NCBI GenBank assembly: GCA_008632985.1
Contig: QPGO01000003.1
Location: 434,001-498,000, forward strand
Direction of reading: 5' to 3'
DNA from: Psammoneis japonica
Taxonomy: Eukaryota
DNA length: 64,000 nt
This document shows positions 15,390 through 27,144 of the stretch, one piece after another. How positions within the stretch are numbered: position 1 is the first letter of the stretch; every line of letters starts with the position of its first letter. Both the position numbers and the translations under genes were made by a program. Below the pieces are notes generated by a model that made no database searches, had not been told where the DNA came from, and saw only the letters and a program-made list of their open reading frames with translations.

Positions 15390-15789
15390 GATGAAGAAGT
15401 CGGTGCCGGAACGGGGATTCACTGATATTTCTTATGAATTGAATGACGGAGTAGTGATCAGCTTTTATCGTTGGAAATGATGCATTCTGTCTCTAGTGTC
15501 TTTGTCACAGACTCTTGGTGCTTAATGATGCACGACAAGTTGGGCTTTGAGGGGGTGGATAAGCCTGAATGAGCCTCGCTGCTGTCACCGCTCCGCTTGT
15601 TTGATCGTAATCGATGTGGATGATCGATGTAGGCCCTAGGCCCTAGAGCTTCCAGCCTCCCGCCTTTTTCTGTTCTGCGCTGGCGATGGATGGAAGCGCA
15701 TGCCAGACGAGAACCCCAAAAATTGGATCATTCAAAACCCTTGTACATGAGTATCTCATTAGGAATAAAAACACTTATTCAGATACGGT

Positions 15790-17640
15790 GCTTGAACGGA
15801 CAAAAGGGATCAAAGGATCGCGATTCGTTCGACGCGAAAGTTGGTCATCCCAAAGCCCGCTCTTGCGTCTCAAGGCGAAATGTGGCAGCACTTGCAAAGC
15901 TGTCATTCTTGCGCAGTCACCACTTGACTTGTTGACAAATGACACTTCTGGCCTTTGCTGCATGTTCATCATTGCTGGATTTTGCAGAGCAAGTCCAAAG
16001 AGGAGGCTCTGCACTGACTCTTTCAGCCCAGCAGGTTGGCAACAGCACTTGACTGGGAGAATCTGCAAAAGGGCCGACAAAGCCCATGGATCAATGGCCC
16101 CATTGACAGATGAATTTCTTGTCTCATTTTTTCTTGCAAGTTCCCACCATTGAAGAAATCCAGTGTTTTGTTGATGACATTTTTTGGTGTGTGTCTCTCA
16201 CATGTTTCGATGTCCACGTCTGCAGTGTGCTGGCCTCACCCACCCAAAACTTTCATGTCTTTGCAAGTTTGGTGAGCCCCAAATTCTGTGCAAGTCTGAA
16301 AGAGTCATGAGGAGATTGCTTTTGCATGGCAATGGTGAGAACACTTGGCATGCCCCCCTTCTTCCAGCTCAACTCTGTGCATGCATGAAAAAAGAATCTT
16401 GTTCTCTCTCTGCATTTGACCTGCTTTCAAACTTTTTGAACACACAAGCCACTGTTGCAAGAGTGTCAATTGCATTGGAGGACCTGCATTTGTCCAACAA
16501 TGGCACACAATGACCCCAAATTGTGGGCATTTGATGTGGGTGGTGTTCTCTTGAGTGAGTGTCTCAGCCACATCATTGCATGGAAACATGTCTGCCACCA
16601 CAAGTTCATGTTGCTCAAAGTCCAGAGCTTTTGCAATGTCTTTTGGTGTCCCCAACAATGGACTCCAGGGACTTGTTGCTGCTGCCAACTTTCTGATGCT
16701 GCAGGTCCAAATTCAATGCTGCTTGGGATTCAGGATGAGAGCCGAGTTGCTCACAGCAGCACAAACCAAGTCTGGGTGCAAGAGGCATGCCCAGCATGCA
16801 TCCAACATGCTTGGGTGGCTCCCCCCAAAAGTTGCCCACTTTGGCTGGTCCAGGAGGATGTCTTGCTTTCTTGTCCAAATTGGTGACATCTGTGAGATGC
16901 CAACAAAATGAAAGAGAAACCAACCAAGCACAGATTGGATGATGGCAAAACCTTGTCATTGTTGGAGCCTCAACCCCTGCTGTGAAATGTTGGAAGAAAG
17001 GGCAACTCTCCTGGGTGGTGGTGTTCCAGCACACATGCCCAAACAGGTGCGGCATTGGATCCTGTCAATTGTGACAAAAAATGCAGCATTCTGTTGCAGT
17101 TGCCAGTTGATTGCTCTTTTTTGTTGTCTGACTCTTCCTTCCTTTCATGGCTGAGCTGATGCTCTTGACCGAGCACCCTGGTTGGTTCTGTTGTGCGAAA
17201 AGACATTTTGTTGATTGCAAAAACACACAACAACATCTCAACCAACCTCACACTTCATTGACAACAAAACCACACTTTGTTGCCACTCATCTTGCACAGA
17301 ACCACCACTGAAAAAACTGATGCCATTGAGTTTGTCTCTGTGACTGGCTGTCAACTTGCCACACCTTGGGCGTTGGTTGTACGTTCATTTTTGTGCGTGA
17401 TCAACTCATTCAATGGTTGACCCCATCTGTCAGGATTGCGCAAACTGTTTTTGAGTTTTTTCACACATGCAATCATTTGCCAACTTTTTAAAATTGACAT
17501 TCGTGCATTGGTGTTGGCACATGCCTCAGGGATCTGATCCCTGTCACCACAGTCGCAATGCGCCAACATGAGACATGGACTTTGGTCGAAAGCAACCCAG
17601 TGCTCAAGTTTGTTAAAAGCTGCGTGTTAGAGTTGCGCTC
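15790..17640. mobile_element. Degenerate, unclassified transposon remnant; TpA- and CpG-depleted
   Basis: No TpA seen between 15786 and 17379; strong TG/CA excess; many short Cys/His-rich, Tyr-free ORFs in all frames; same composition as the recognisable copia elements. Family not identifiable. Confidence 0.6.
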
Positions 17641-18043
17641 TTGTGGACATTGCTGCGCCACCGATTTAATTTCACTTGTGCTTCCCAGCAGGGATCATTC
17701 ACTTCAGGTGCCAGAGTGAAAAAAAAACAGACGCCAGGACAAAGAGTTGGCACAGACGTCATCAAAAACTCGTGAGCAACACTGCTTTTATCACGTGTTT
17801 TAATTTTACTGCTAACTGGATTATGCTAATAGAAGGGCTGGCCGCTGGACCTCTTGAGATAGTTTGAATACCTTGTGTGGCATTCGGAGGAATCCCACCA
17901 ATCGATGATAGCAAGAACCGTGTTGGACATGCCAGCCATGCCGATCCACCGCGGCCATTCAAATTACGATGCGCCCCACCGCAAACCGCATCTCCGCCCA
18001 AACAATGCACTGTTTGAATGGACATTCAATCACAAGTGGCTCT

Positions 18044-19981
18044 TCAATGAAAGCGTTTCCGCTTTTTCTTCTTGTGATGCTTCTTATGTTTCTTGTCTTT
18101 GGACTTCCGTTTCTTTGGTGGAGCGGTTGGAATGACGGAGAGCGTTTCTTGTAGCCAAGGGAAAAACCGGTGCTGGTAGATGAAATGCTGTAGCATTGTA
18201 ATGGTAGACGCCTCTCTATCCTGACACGCATCTCGTACAATTGAGCCATGCAGCAAGGGTATATTGTACTTTTTACATGCAGTGTCAATCGCGGCATGGC
18301 CTTGGGACTCTCTCGACGGTGCAGCGTCCCTTGTTTCTCTGGCATCAATGTCAATAAATACAAGCAGTAAGCCCTCGTCTCGACAAGACACGTTGGAAAG
18401 ATCGAGGTTGTACAAAGTGTCAATCATATCTTGTCTTTCTTCGCATATGACATTCAGAGCAAATATGCTGGAAGCTGCGAATCCTTCTTTCGAACCCTGT
18501 AAAGTTTCATCAATGGCTTGAAACCGGACACTACAAGACTTGATCCTGTCAGATGCAAGTAGCTGGTCTCGCTTTCGACAAAGAGCTGCCAATATTTGAT
18601 GCTCACAAGGTGCCGCCTGGTGGTCTTGCGCCAAAGAGTTGACGAGCTCGTCTTGGCGAAATGTTAGCGATACGCCGTCTGTAAAAATGAAAGACAGGCG
18701 GTTCTCCAGCAGCTGTTGTTGTTTCCCGCTATTCGAAGCCAGTCGGGATCGCCAAAGAGTACATACAGTTATTCGGACCATGCACCACATAGAGCGATTT
18801 CGTTTCGCCAAATCAGCAGATAGCTCAGTGGATGGGAAATGGACTGTGCCAATCACATGCATGCACTGCGGGCCTGTGGCGGTATCGATTTGGCTGCTCT
18901 TTGAGTCATCTAACGAATCACGTTGGTTATACACTAATCCGGTCTTTTCCTCCGAGACAAGATGAAGCATGGGTGACCCTAGTACGCCATTGGCGTGATG
19001 ATATGCCACCACTGTTAGAATCTTGCTGGTAAACTCTGGTATCGGACCCAGTCGGACTCCCACGAGCGGAATCTTGCCTTGAGAACAAACAGTGTTCAGC
19101 GCCTTATATTCGCGCGGGACCATGTCTCTGACAGCTCCAAGAAAGAAACAGAGTTGGACATTGCTGCAATCAGGAGAAGCTCCTTGTTGAAGGTTGAAAC
19201 ATGGCAGTTCTGCGTCACAAGATTCATGAAGATTGACGGCAATCACCTTTTGAACTTGACTTGATAGCGGCTTCAACAATTCGGTGAAGATTGACACTAG
19301 AACGGCTTGATCATTTCCTTCATCGCTACGGGCACCCTTTCGATTACCCGTCTGTGTCTTTGTCCATTCATTCCATACATTCAAAAGCTTCGCCTTGTTG
19401 GTTTTCCTCAACACTACATCTGCGTTGCTGTTCAGTCGGTGCTTTCGCAAGAAATCCACGTTGCACTGCTTATGCATGTGGTCTAAGATATCCCGCTTTC
19501 CTGTGTCCATGTTGATTTTTGAGCTGTTCTTAGTAAGCATTCGTCCAATAGCATTTCGTTGTACTGGCCATCGAGACATTTGACATGACAACCCGAGAGC
19601 AGTAGTCGATTCAGTTGCCTTGATTGATGCCTTTCCAAGCAAAGATCCCATGCCGCTGTTTTCTCGCTTCTTATTTGCATCGGATGCAACTGATTTCCAT
19701 ACGTCCAACACTCGATGTTCCATAGGGCAAAGCATTAAGGAGTCGTTCCCAAGAGACAAACTCATTCGTGTCACAGACCAATCCTCGTCATGGATCAAAA
19801 CCAACTCTTTCGTTTGGAAGGAAGTACTGTCTGGAGCTTGCGGGCCATACAGAAAAGCTGCGACACACCGACACAAAGCATCATTCCTGTTCCACCACTG
19901 ACTCTCATCGCGATTTGGACGATAACACGAGGGGTCACCACCGCGACCCTTGCATAACAAAACAACTCTTACGTAGCACAT
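18044..19981 (-). CDS. SPOUT-fold, TrmY-like (pseudouridine-N1 methyltransferase-like) protein with an apparent second degenerate unit and a Lys-rich C-terminal tail
   Basis: Single long ORF, ATG at 19981. RNDALCRCVAAFLY resembles TrmY GRxDxLCRC; FFLGAVRDM...VRLGPIPEFTSKILTVV resembles the SPOUT knot; KKRKSKDKKHKKHHKKKKRK looks like a nuclear/nucleolar signal. Confidence 0.55.
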   Translation of the reverse strand: MCYVRVVLLCKGRGGDPSCYRPNRDESQWWNRNDALCRCVAAFLYGPQAPDSTSFQTKELVLIHDEDWSVTRMSLSLGNDSLMLCPMEHRVLDVWKSVASDANKKRENSGMGSLLGKASIKATESTTALGLSCQMSRWPVQRNAIGRMLTKNSSKINMDTGKRDILDHMHKQCNVDFLRKHRLNSNADVVLRKTNKAKLLNVWNEWTKTQTGNRKGARSDEGNDQAVLVSIFTELLKPLSSQVQKVIAVNLHESCDAELPCFNLQQGASPDCSNVQLCFFLGAVRDMVPREYKALNTVCSQGKIPLVGVRLGPIPEFTSKILTVVAYHHANGVLGSPMLHLVSEEKTGLVYNQRDSLDDSKSSQIDTATGPQCMHVIGTVHFPSTELSADLAKRNRSMWCMVRITVCTLWRSRLASNSGKQQQLLENRLSFIFTDGVSLTFRQDELVNSLAQDHQAAPCEHQILAALCRKRDQLLASDRIKSCSVRFQAIDETLQGSKEGFAASSIFALNVICEERQDMIDTLYNLDLSNVSCRDEGLLLVFIDIDARETRDAAPSRESQGHAAIDTACKKYNIPLLHGSIVRDACQDREASTITMLQHFIYQHRFFPWLQETLSVIPTAPPKKRKSKDKKHKKHHKKKKRKRFH

Positions 19982-20550
19982 CTTCGCACAAAACAACAGT
20001 ATGCGAGATGATTCAAGATGTTACTGTGTAGAGTTTATGTAGTCGAGAGGCTTGACTACTGACTGGCGGACAGACACAGACACTGTCCTCAATTTATTTA
20101 CATACAGGTATGTCTATGATGTATGTTCAATGTATGTATGGAAAAAAGAGATGCTACGAAAGGTCATTCAAAACCACGGCATAAATCTCTGGATAATAAT
20201 GATCTTGACAATGACTATTTTTACTTAACAAACAAGACTATGCGTATTATGTAAATAAGTGTTTTAGTGTCCATTATAACCGGACAAAGATGGTGCGTCA
20301 CACGCATTGGGTCAGATCTTTAACGGAATGGCGTTCAACAAGAATCATCGAAACGAGTTGACAAAATCATCAGTCATTGTGAAATCTCCCTCTGCTTCTC
20401 ACAAATCTCACGGTAGCACTGGCTGTTTCTCTTCGACGGGTGTTGTAAGTTGTTATTTATCGTTGCTAGTAGCTGTGGGTGTCGTTTATTGCTCATCATC
20501 AGCGCTGGGGTTGTGTTTAGTTTCAGGTTCGAACGGAACAGTCGCTCATC

Positions 20551-23500
20551 ATGAAGGTTTCGTTCGACCTCTCGGTCATTCTGTTGCTTCTCCCCGGCGC
20601 GGTGGCGCAAGACCCCATCGATTTGTTTCCCGTCCAAGATACCTATGTTAGAGGAGGTATATACGCGGATACAAACTTTGGGACGGTCACCAGGAGTTCC
20701 GGAGCCGTAGTCGGTAATCCCGACATGCCCACCAAGGAATCTTCGAATGCAGACCTCATTCGTCGCGGTTACACGCAGTTTAATTTGACATCGCTTCCTT
20801 CTAATATCGCCAGTGCTACGCTGCGGCTCCATGTGAGAGGCAACAATCGCGTGAACCCGCTCCTGAACGTCAGTACAGTCTCTGACAACTCGTGGGACGA
20901 ATTGACCATGACGTACGATACGAGCCCTACCATTGGCCAGCTCATTGCTTCGGTACCGTGCCCACCCAAGGGAGAATGGATGTCTGTAGACTTGACGTCT
21001 GATGTTCAATCCGCTGTCGGTTCTTTGTGGTCACTTGCCTTGACAGGAGGAACCTATGGTGCCTCCGTCGGATTTGCCACCAGAGACGATACCCACGGTC
21101 GCTCCACTTTCTTGGAAGTCACCACTGGCACTGGGCCCGCGATTTCTGCTGCACCGTCGTCCATGCCCTCGAGCGTCCCGTCATCTGTGCCCTCGTCCAT
21201 GCCATCAAGTGTCCCGTCGTTCGTGCCCTCGAGTAAACCATCGTTTTCGTCCGTGACTCTTGTCTCGCTGCCCCTCGATGACACGTTTGTGCGTGATTCC
21301 AGCCCGGACAAAACCGGCTACGGCACGTACTCCAGCCTTACCGTATCTTACGGCACTTCGCATGATAAGCGATACACCTATGTGAAACTGGATATTGATC
21401 TCGCTCAAGGCTCCTCCTTTATTAGCGAAGCCAAGCTGGATTTGTATGTCAAGGATTTGGATTCATCGGGAAGTATGGCTATCAATGTCTACCCATTACT
21501 TACTGAAGCATGGAACGAAGCATCAACCTCCTGGAACACACAACCGGGATACGATGTATCCAATCCTATTCACGAGAATCTTCCCATTGCTGCGGAATCG
21601 TCATGGATGTCAATTAATTTGACCGATTTCGTCAGTACCGCTGCAGCAGCGTTCCAGCCTACGGTCTCCATTGCCATTTTGCCAGTCGAAAATGGCGGAC
21701 CTGCGGGTCTCAAGACCAAATTTTCATCCAAAGAGTCTGGAAGCCAGCCCCAGTTTACGCTCGCCTTTATCCCTTATGAAGGCTCTCTCCCGCCGACGTC
21801 AGCACCGACGACCACTCCTTCGGGAAGCCCGACGAACCCTCCCTCTTCCATGCCATCGAGTGTACCGTCATCCATGCCATCGAGTGTACCGTCCTTCATT
21901 CCCTCGAATAAACCATCGTTTTCGCCTGTGACTCTTGTCTCGCTGCCCCTCGATGACACGTTTGTGCGTGATTCCAGCCCAACCAACACCGGCTACGGCA
22001 CGTACTCCAGCCTTACCGTGTCGTACGGCACTTCGCACGACAAGCGATACACCTACGTGAAACTCGATATTGATCTCGCTCAAGGCTCCTCCTTCGTTAG
22101 CGAAGCCAAGCTGGATTTATATGTCAAGGATTTGGATTCATCGGGAAGTATGAATGTCAATGTTTACCCAGTACTTTCTGAAGCATGGAACGAAGCATCC
22201 ATCTCCTGGAACTCACAGCCGGGGGCTACTCAACAAGGTGGCCCAGGATACGATATATTCAATCCTATTCACGAGAACCTTCCCATTGCTGCAGAATCAT
22301 CATGGATGTCAATTGATTTAACCGATTACGTCAGTACCGCCGCCGCAGCGTTCCAGCCTACGGTCTCCATTGCCATTTTGCCAGTCGAAAATGGCGGAAC
22401 TGCGGGTCTCAAGACCAAGTTTTCTTCCAAAGAGTCTGCAAGCCAGCCCCAGTTTACACTCACCTTTATCCCCTATGGAGGCTCTCTCCCGCCGACGGCA
22501 GCACCGACGACCACTCCTACGAGAAGCCCGACGAACCCTCCACTTTCCTACCCGCAACTTGTGTCGCTCGACGCAAATGATCAGCTGGTGTACGAACCCT
22601 ACGCCAACGAAATCAACGAGCTTCTAGGAAGTGTGGCTAATCCAGCTGTTGTTAACACTGTGCCTGATTTTTCCAACGCTGGATACAAGGGTAGGTTGAT
22701 CTTCTTGATCTTCTGAATCTCGAATTCTCTGTGCATCATACGCCACGGCTCAACTCAGAGACTTTTTTCTTCTCTTTTCACAGGTGGAGGTATGCGGCAC
22801 CGGATACTCAGAATCTGAAGGCTCAGCTTATTAGAACGTATCTAACTGTCTTTGTCTATTTTCTTCACTTTTCAGGGGTTCCGATTCCGTTTGTTGCGGC
22901 TGCTGAGACGGTGAGTGAAGGCTGTTCTTGTACTAATGATTTTAGTGGTAGGCTTGAATTGACAATGGCTCACTCACGTCGATTTTTCTATGTTTATAGG
23001 TGTCCCCTATGTCCGGGGACGCTCGATGGACTATTCAAGCAGCTATCGATGCGGTCTCTAACCTGACGCCAGATGCGAATGGTTTTCGTGGTGCTGTGTT
23101 GATCGAGGCTGGAGATTATGACATCTCCGAGCCAGGTCTTTCAGTTGTCACGAGTGGAGTTGTGATTCGTGGCGAAGGATCGGGAGCAGGAGGAACGAAG
23201 CTGCACTTTACGAGCACCAACAGAGACTCTTTCCTTGTCAACTTCGGCAAGGTTTCTGGTGGGATTACGCCGTCAGGTGCAGCGTACAGCATCACTGATA
23301 CTTTTGTGCCCGTGGGAGCCAAAACCTTCACGGTTTCTGATGCGTCCAGCTTTTCGGTGGGCGACAGCATCGTCATTGAGTTCCAGCCTAATCAGTTGTG
23401 GATTGACCACCTTTCTAACATGGGGCAACATGGCTGGACGCCTGGTGGCTATGACGTAATCTGGCGGCGCAAGATTGACGACAAGGTTGGCAACCAAATC

Positions 23501-24640
23501 ACGGTGACTGCTCCCTTGGTCCATGCGCTTGAACAAGTTTACGGGTCTGCCCGGATCTGGAAGTATACATTTGCTGATGAGATTACCAATGTCGGGATTG
23601 AAAACATTCGGTTGGAATGTACCTTTGCAAATGATAGCGACGAGAACCACGGAAAATCTGCTGTGTCTATGCGTCGCGTGCGGGATGGATGGGTGCGCCA
23701 AGTGACCGCCAAATATTTTTGGTATGGAGTTGTAACACTGACGACGCGAAGCAGTTACATTACTGTCGAAGATACCGCAATGTTGGAACACAAGGGACAA
23801 ATCCGAGGTGGTCGCAGGTACTCCTTCAACATTGATGACTCTGACTTTTTGTACATGCAACGTTGCTTGGCGTCTGAAGGTCGCCATGATTTTGCCTCCG
23901 GTTCTCGCACAAGCGGACCAAACGTCTTTGTGGATAGCATTGCTGTCAACTCCACAAGTGATTCTGGTCCTCATCACAGGTTCGCCACAGGTCAACTGTA
24001 CGACAACATCAAGGCCGCCGAGCTTCGTGTGCGAAACCGTGGAAATTCAGGCAGTGGACATGGCTGGGCCGGAGTGCAGGTCATGTTCTATAACACTGAG
24101 AGCACTTACATATGCGATGCTCCGAACGGAGGAATGAATTGGGTCATTGGAAATGTTGGATCCAAGGATGACGATATCGTCCCAGAGCCAGACGGCATTA
24201 TTCAATCTCCGGGTGTGCATGTGACTCCTCGTTCTCTCTACTATGCCCAACTCAAACAACGCCTGCAAGCCAATGCACTTCATTCAGTTGTTATTCCAAC
24301 CCAGAAGAGTGGTCCGATTTGGGATGAATTGGAAACTTGGTTTGGCGAGGGCCTCTTTGGAGATGCTGTAGTGCCGTGGTTTGATGAGGAATCCGGCCCT
24401 ATTGCTCAAGCCTCTCCCGTGAGTATTGGTGGATACATTCGCAACTTGAACTTGCTTGGCAAGTCCTCCATCAGTTACTCATGGACAATGACTTCTGGTG
24501 CTGGTGCGGTAACCTTTGGAGATGTGACCGCCTTGGAGACCACTGTGCAGTTTGACACTGTTGGCTCCTACACATTGCAGCTTCAGGTGTCTGGCGGAAC
24601 TATTGTTGAAACTGGAACTTTGGATATCACAGTGGTGTAA
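20551..24640 (+). CDS. Secreted modular carbohydrate-active protein: signal peptide, three CBM96/DNRLRE-like modules, Ser/Pro linkers, pectate-lyase-like beta-helix domain, PKD-like C-terminus
   Basis: Exons 20551-22690, 22784-22789, 22876-22910 and 23000-24640 splice in frame to give PDFSNAGYKGGGVPIP...GDARWTIQAAIDAV...NGFRGAVLI. Later motifs GGRRYSF, GRHDF, GPNVF, DSGPHHRFATGQLYDN and GSGHGWAG match a bacterial lyase-like family. The N-terminal modules carry DTYVR/DTFVR...ATLRL...WDE/WNE motifs. Confidence 0.8.
21155..22540 (+). repeat. Intragenic tandem duplication of about 680-bp CBM-like module plus PSSMPSSV linker repeats
   Basis: About 21160-21840 is near-identical to about 21845-22540 (TLVSLPLDDTFVRDSSP...PPTSAPTTTP occurs twice). 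Confidence 0.92.
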
Positions 24641-24679
24641 TTTAGGATCTATTCCTCCAGCAGCAGAACTATCTCAAAA

Positions 24680-26850
24680 GTAAGAAAGAATTTTCTCTCA
24701 ACGCGTGTCCAGCAGAAAACACCAGCAGCAGGCAAGTTCTAGAGAAGCTGACATGCCGAGTTGGCCACGTGGCAAGCGTCGAATGAGGTCTTCCATCGCA
24801 CTGGCGGATGATGACCTCCGTGCTTTCAATTTGTTTGTGGCAACTCCCTGTTGATGCATTGATGCCAGCTGCTATGCTGTTGAGGTTGTTCAAGCACACA
24901 CGTTGCCGCAAATTGCAAGACAATCGTGTGATTCATATGTCTGAAGGGCGGCTGTTGCTTCGGGCATGAATTTCGAGCTTCTTTGCACATGCAGAGCCCG
25001 CAGAAAAAAATGTGCCAGCTGCCAGCCATCAAGAATGTCTGGTTTACACAGACAGTGCAGCAGCACAGCACCACAGGGGGCATTTGATGAACCGCTGGGA
25101 GGACTCAGACAATCAAAATGAGACATTTAATGCCACAGCATGCTGTGGTTCTGGGTGGGTGCTTGATGCAGACAACTGATGTTCTCAAGAGGGGCAAGAG
25201 TGCTGCTTTTCAAGAGACACTCACGTGAAAGACAACAGCGGTGGATGCAGCTGTTGCAATTTCATGGCTTGCCAACTGATCTGTGCCAGTCTCACCACCA
25301 ATTCCCAAACTCACTGCATGGATTGCAAATGCTGCTCCAGTGCCATTGCTCTGACTGATGTCCTGGTGCAGAAGCTAAAAAGTGAGCATGAGACCCATCT
25401 TCATGGTGAATTTACAATGCAAATTCATGACGTCACCAACAGACATTGGTTGTGTCCTTTTTGCTGTGACATTGTCTGTCTGTTCTCCAAAAACTGCATC
25501 GCACCCTGATGTTCCAACACACCCCATTGCATGAGCCGTCAATTGGCTGGCCTTGTGTGCACTCACAAAAAGAGGATGACAGTTGGAGACCATGCCATTT
25601 GTCGTCATTGCCATTGAGCGAAGGATGATCTGCTTTTTCTCATGTTGTGCAAAGCTTGCTCCCTCATGTTTCTTGTTGGCCTTGCATGCACCCAATGCCT
25701 GCAGCACCTCTTTGGCTGAATTGGGACAATGGTCACCTCCCAATGCAAACTGCTGGCGCAGGTCCTTTAAGATGCATCAACGCTCCTTTTGGGGTGCACC
25801 TTCCATGAGGAGCAGCACTTTGGCAACTTGCTCCTCTCTTTCTTCTGGGTGTCCTCAGCATCCGTGCTTGCCCATCTTCTTTTTTGGGGCAGACGACTCT
25901 GCCGCAGGACCCTCCCACCATCTCAACAACACTTGTGAGCTGACTGCAACAAAATCTTGATCTGTCTCTTCTTTGTCCTGATGAATGAGCACCACTGCTT
26001 CCAAGCCTTGACAGCCTGAACATGCAAGCAGATTCTCAACTTCAGAACTCCCAAAAAACAGCACCCTCACACCCCACTCCTTTGTGACCCTCACAAACTC
26101 CATCACTCCCTCTCAACCACATGTGACAGACAGCCTTGATTGACACTGCCCCTTCAAGTGGCACGCCTTTCCTCTCTTGTCCTCTTGATCCTTCAAACAG
26201 AGCAATGAACTCTTTTCCAGTCTGCGGTGACTCCTCTTGTCAGTTCAGCAAGCTCAAAAAGTGCCGCGATCACTCACACCAACCAAGTCTTGAGCTCCTC
26301 TTGACTTTCCAGCCAATCCCTTTTTGAATTCTGAGTTGGAATTTCATGGCTTGCTGGCCAATCTGTGCCAGTCTCACTGATCCAAGAGAACTCATTGCAT
26401 GGACTGCAAACACTGCTCTCTGAGACAGCGCCATTGGCTGCCCAGTGTGTTGTCATTCGGGCGCAAAATCCAAAAAGTGAGCACGCACATGAGACCCATC
26501 TTCATGGTTGATTTGTGAACCTTAATTCATGATGTCACCAACAGTTGTCAGCGTCCTTTTCCTGTGACATTTTTGTCTGTTGTCTGTCCTCTGAAAACCA
26601 CATTGCACCCCCACCATGTCCCAACACACAGCCAGCACCTCTCTTGAGAGAAGCTGTGAGGCAACACGACAGTGCTGCACAGAGGTAAAAACAGAAGATG
26701 CAACAGGTGACAGTGAGACACTCCTCTCCAGAGATCAAGTTGTGAGGAGATTCCTCTTTTTCAACAAATGTGACAATCACTCGGATTGCCATCGCCACGA
26801 GAGAACCAAACGGAATGTTGTGACACTCCCCAAGACGGTTGGGGGACATC
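24680..26850. mobile_element. Degenerate, unclassified transposon remnant; TpA/CpG-depleted, with an internal diverged repeat
   Basis: Composition switches abruptly after the stop codon at 24640; few TpA; 25261-25520 and 26343-26630 are diverged copies of each other. Confidence 0.6.
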
Positions 26851-27144
26851 CGTGAATCAGACTCGTGACTGATGATCGATGATTCGATTTATTTATTCGT
26901 CATTCACAAGGTCGTCTGTCATCCATCCGGCTCTCATGTTCTCGAGAAATATAAAACGACTTGGCAATGGACACGAAAACCTGAGACGGTGCGGCTGCCG
27001 AGAGTGCAACGCAAACAAGCTCTGCGAGTAGACTATATAACCTCTTCAGTGAGCCACAGCATTGGCCATAACGACGGATCTGCGATACACAACACAAAAC
27101 TTGGCAAGCAACTGCGGTGTGTGTGCGGCTAAAAAGATACACCC

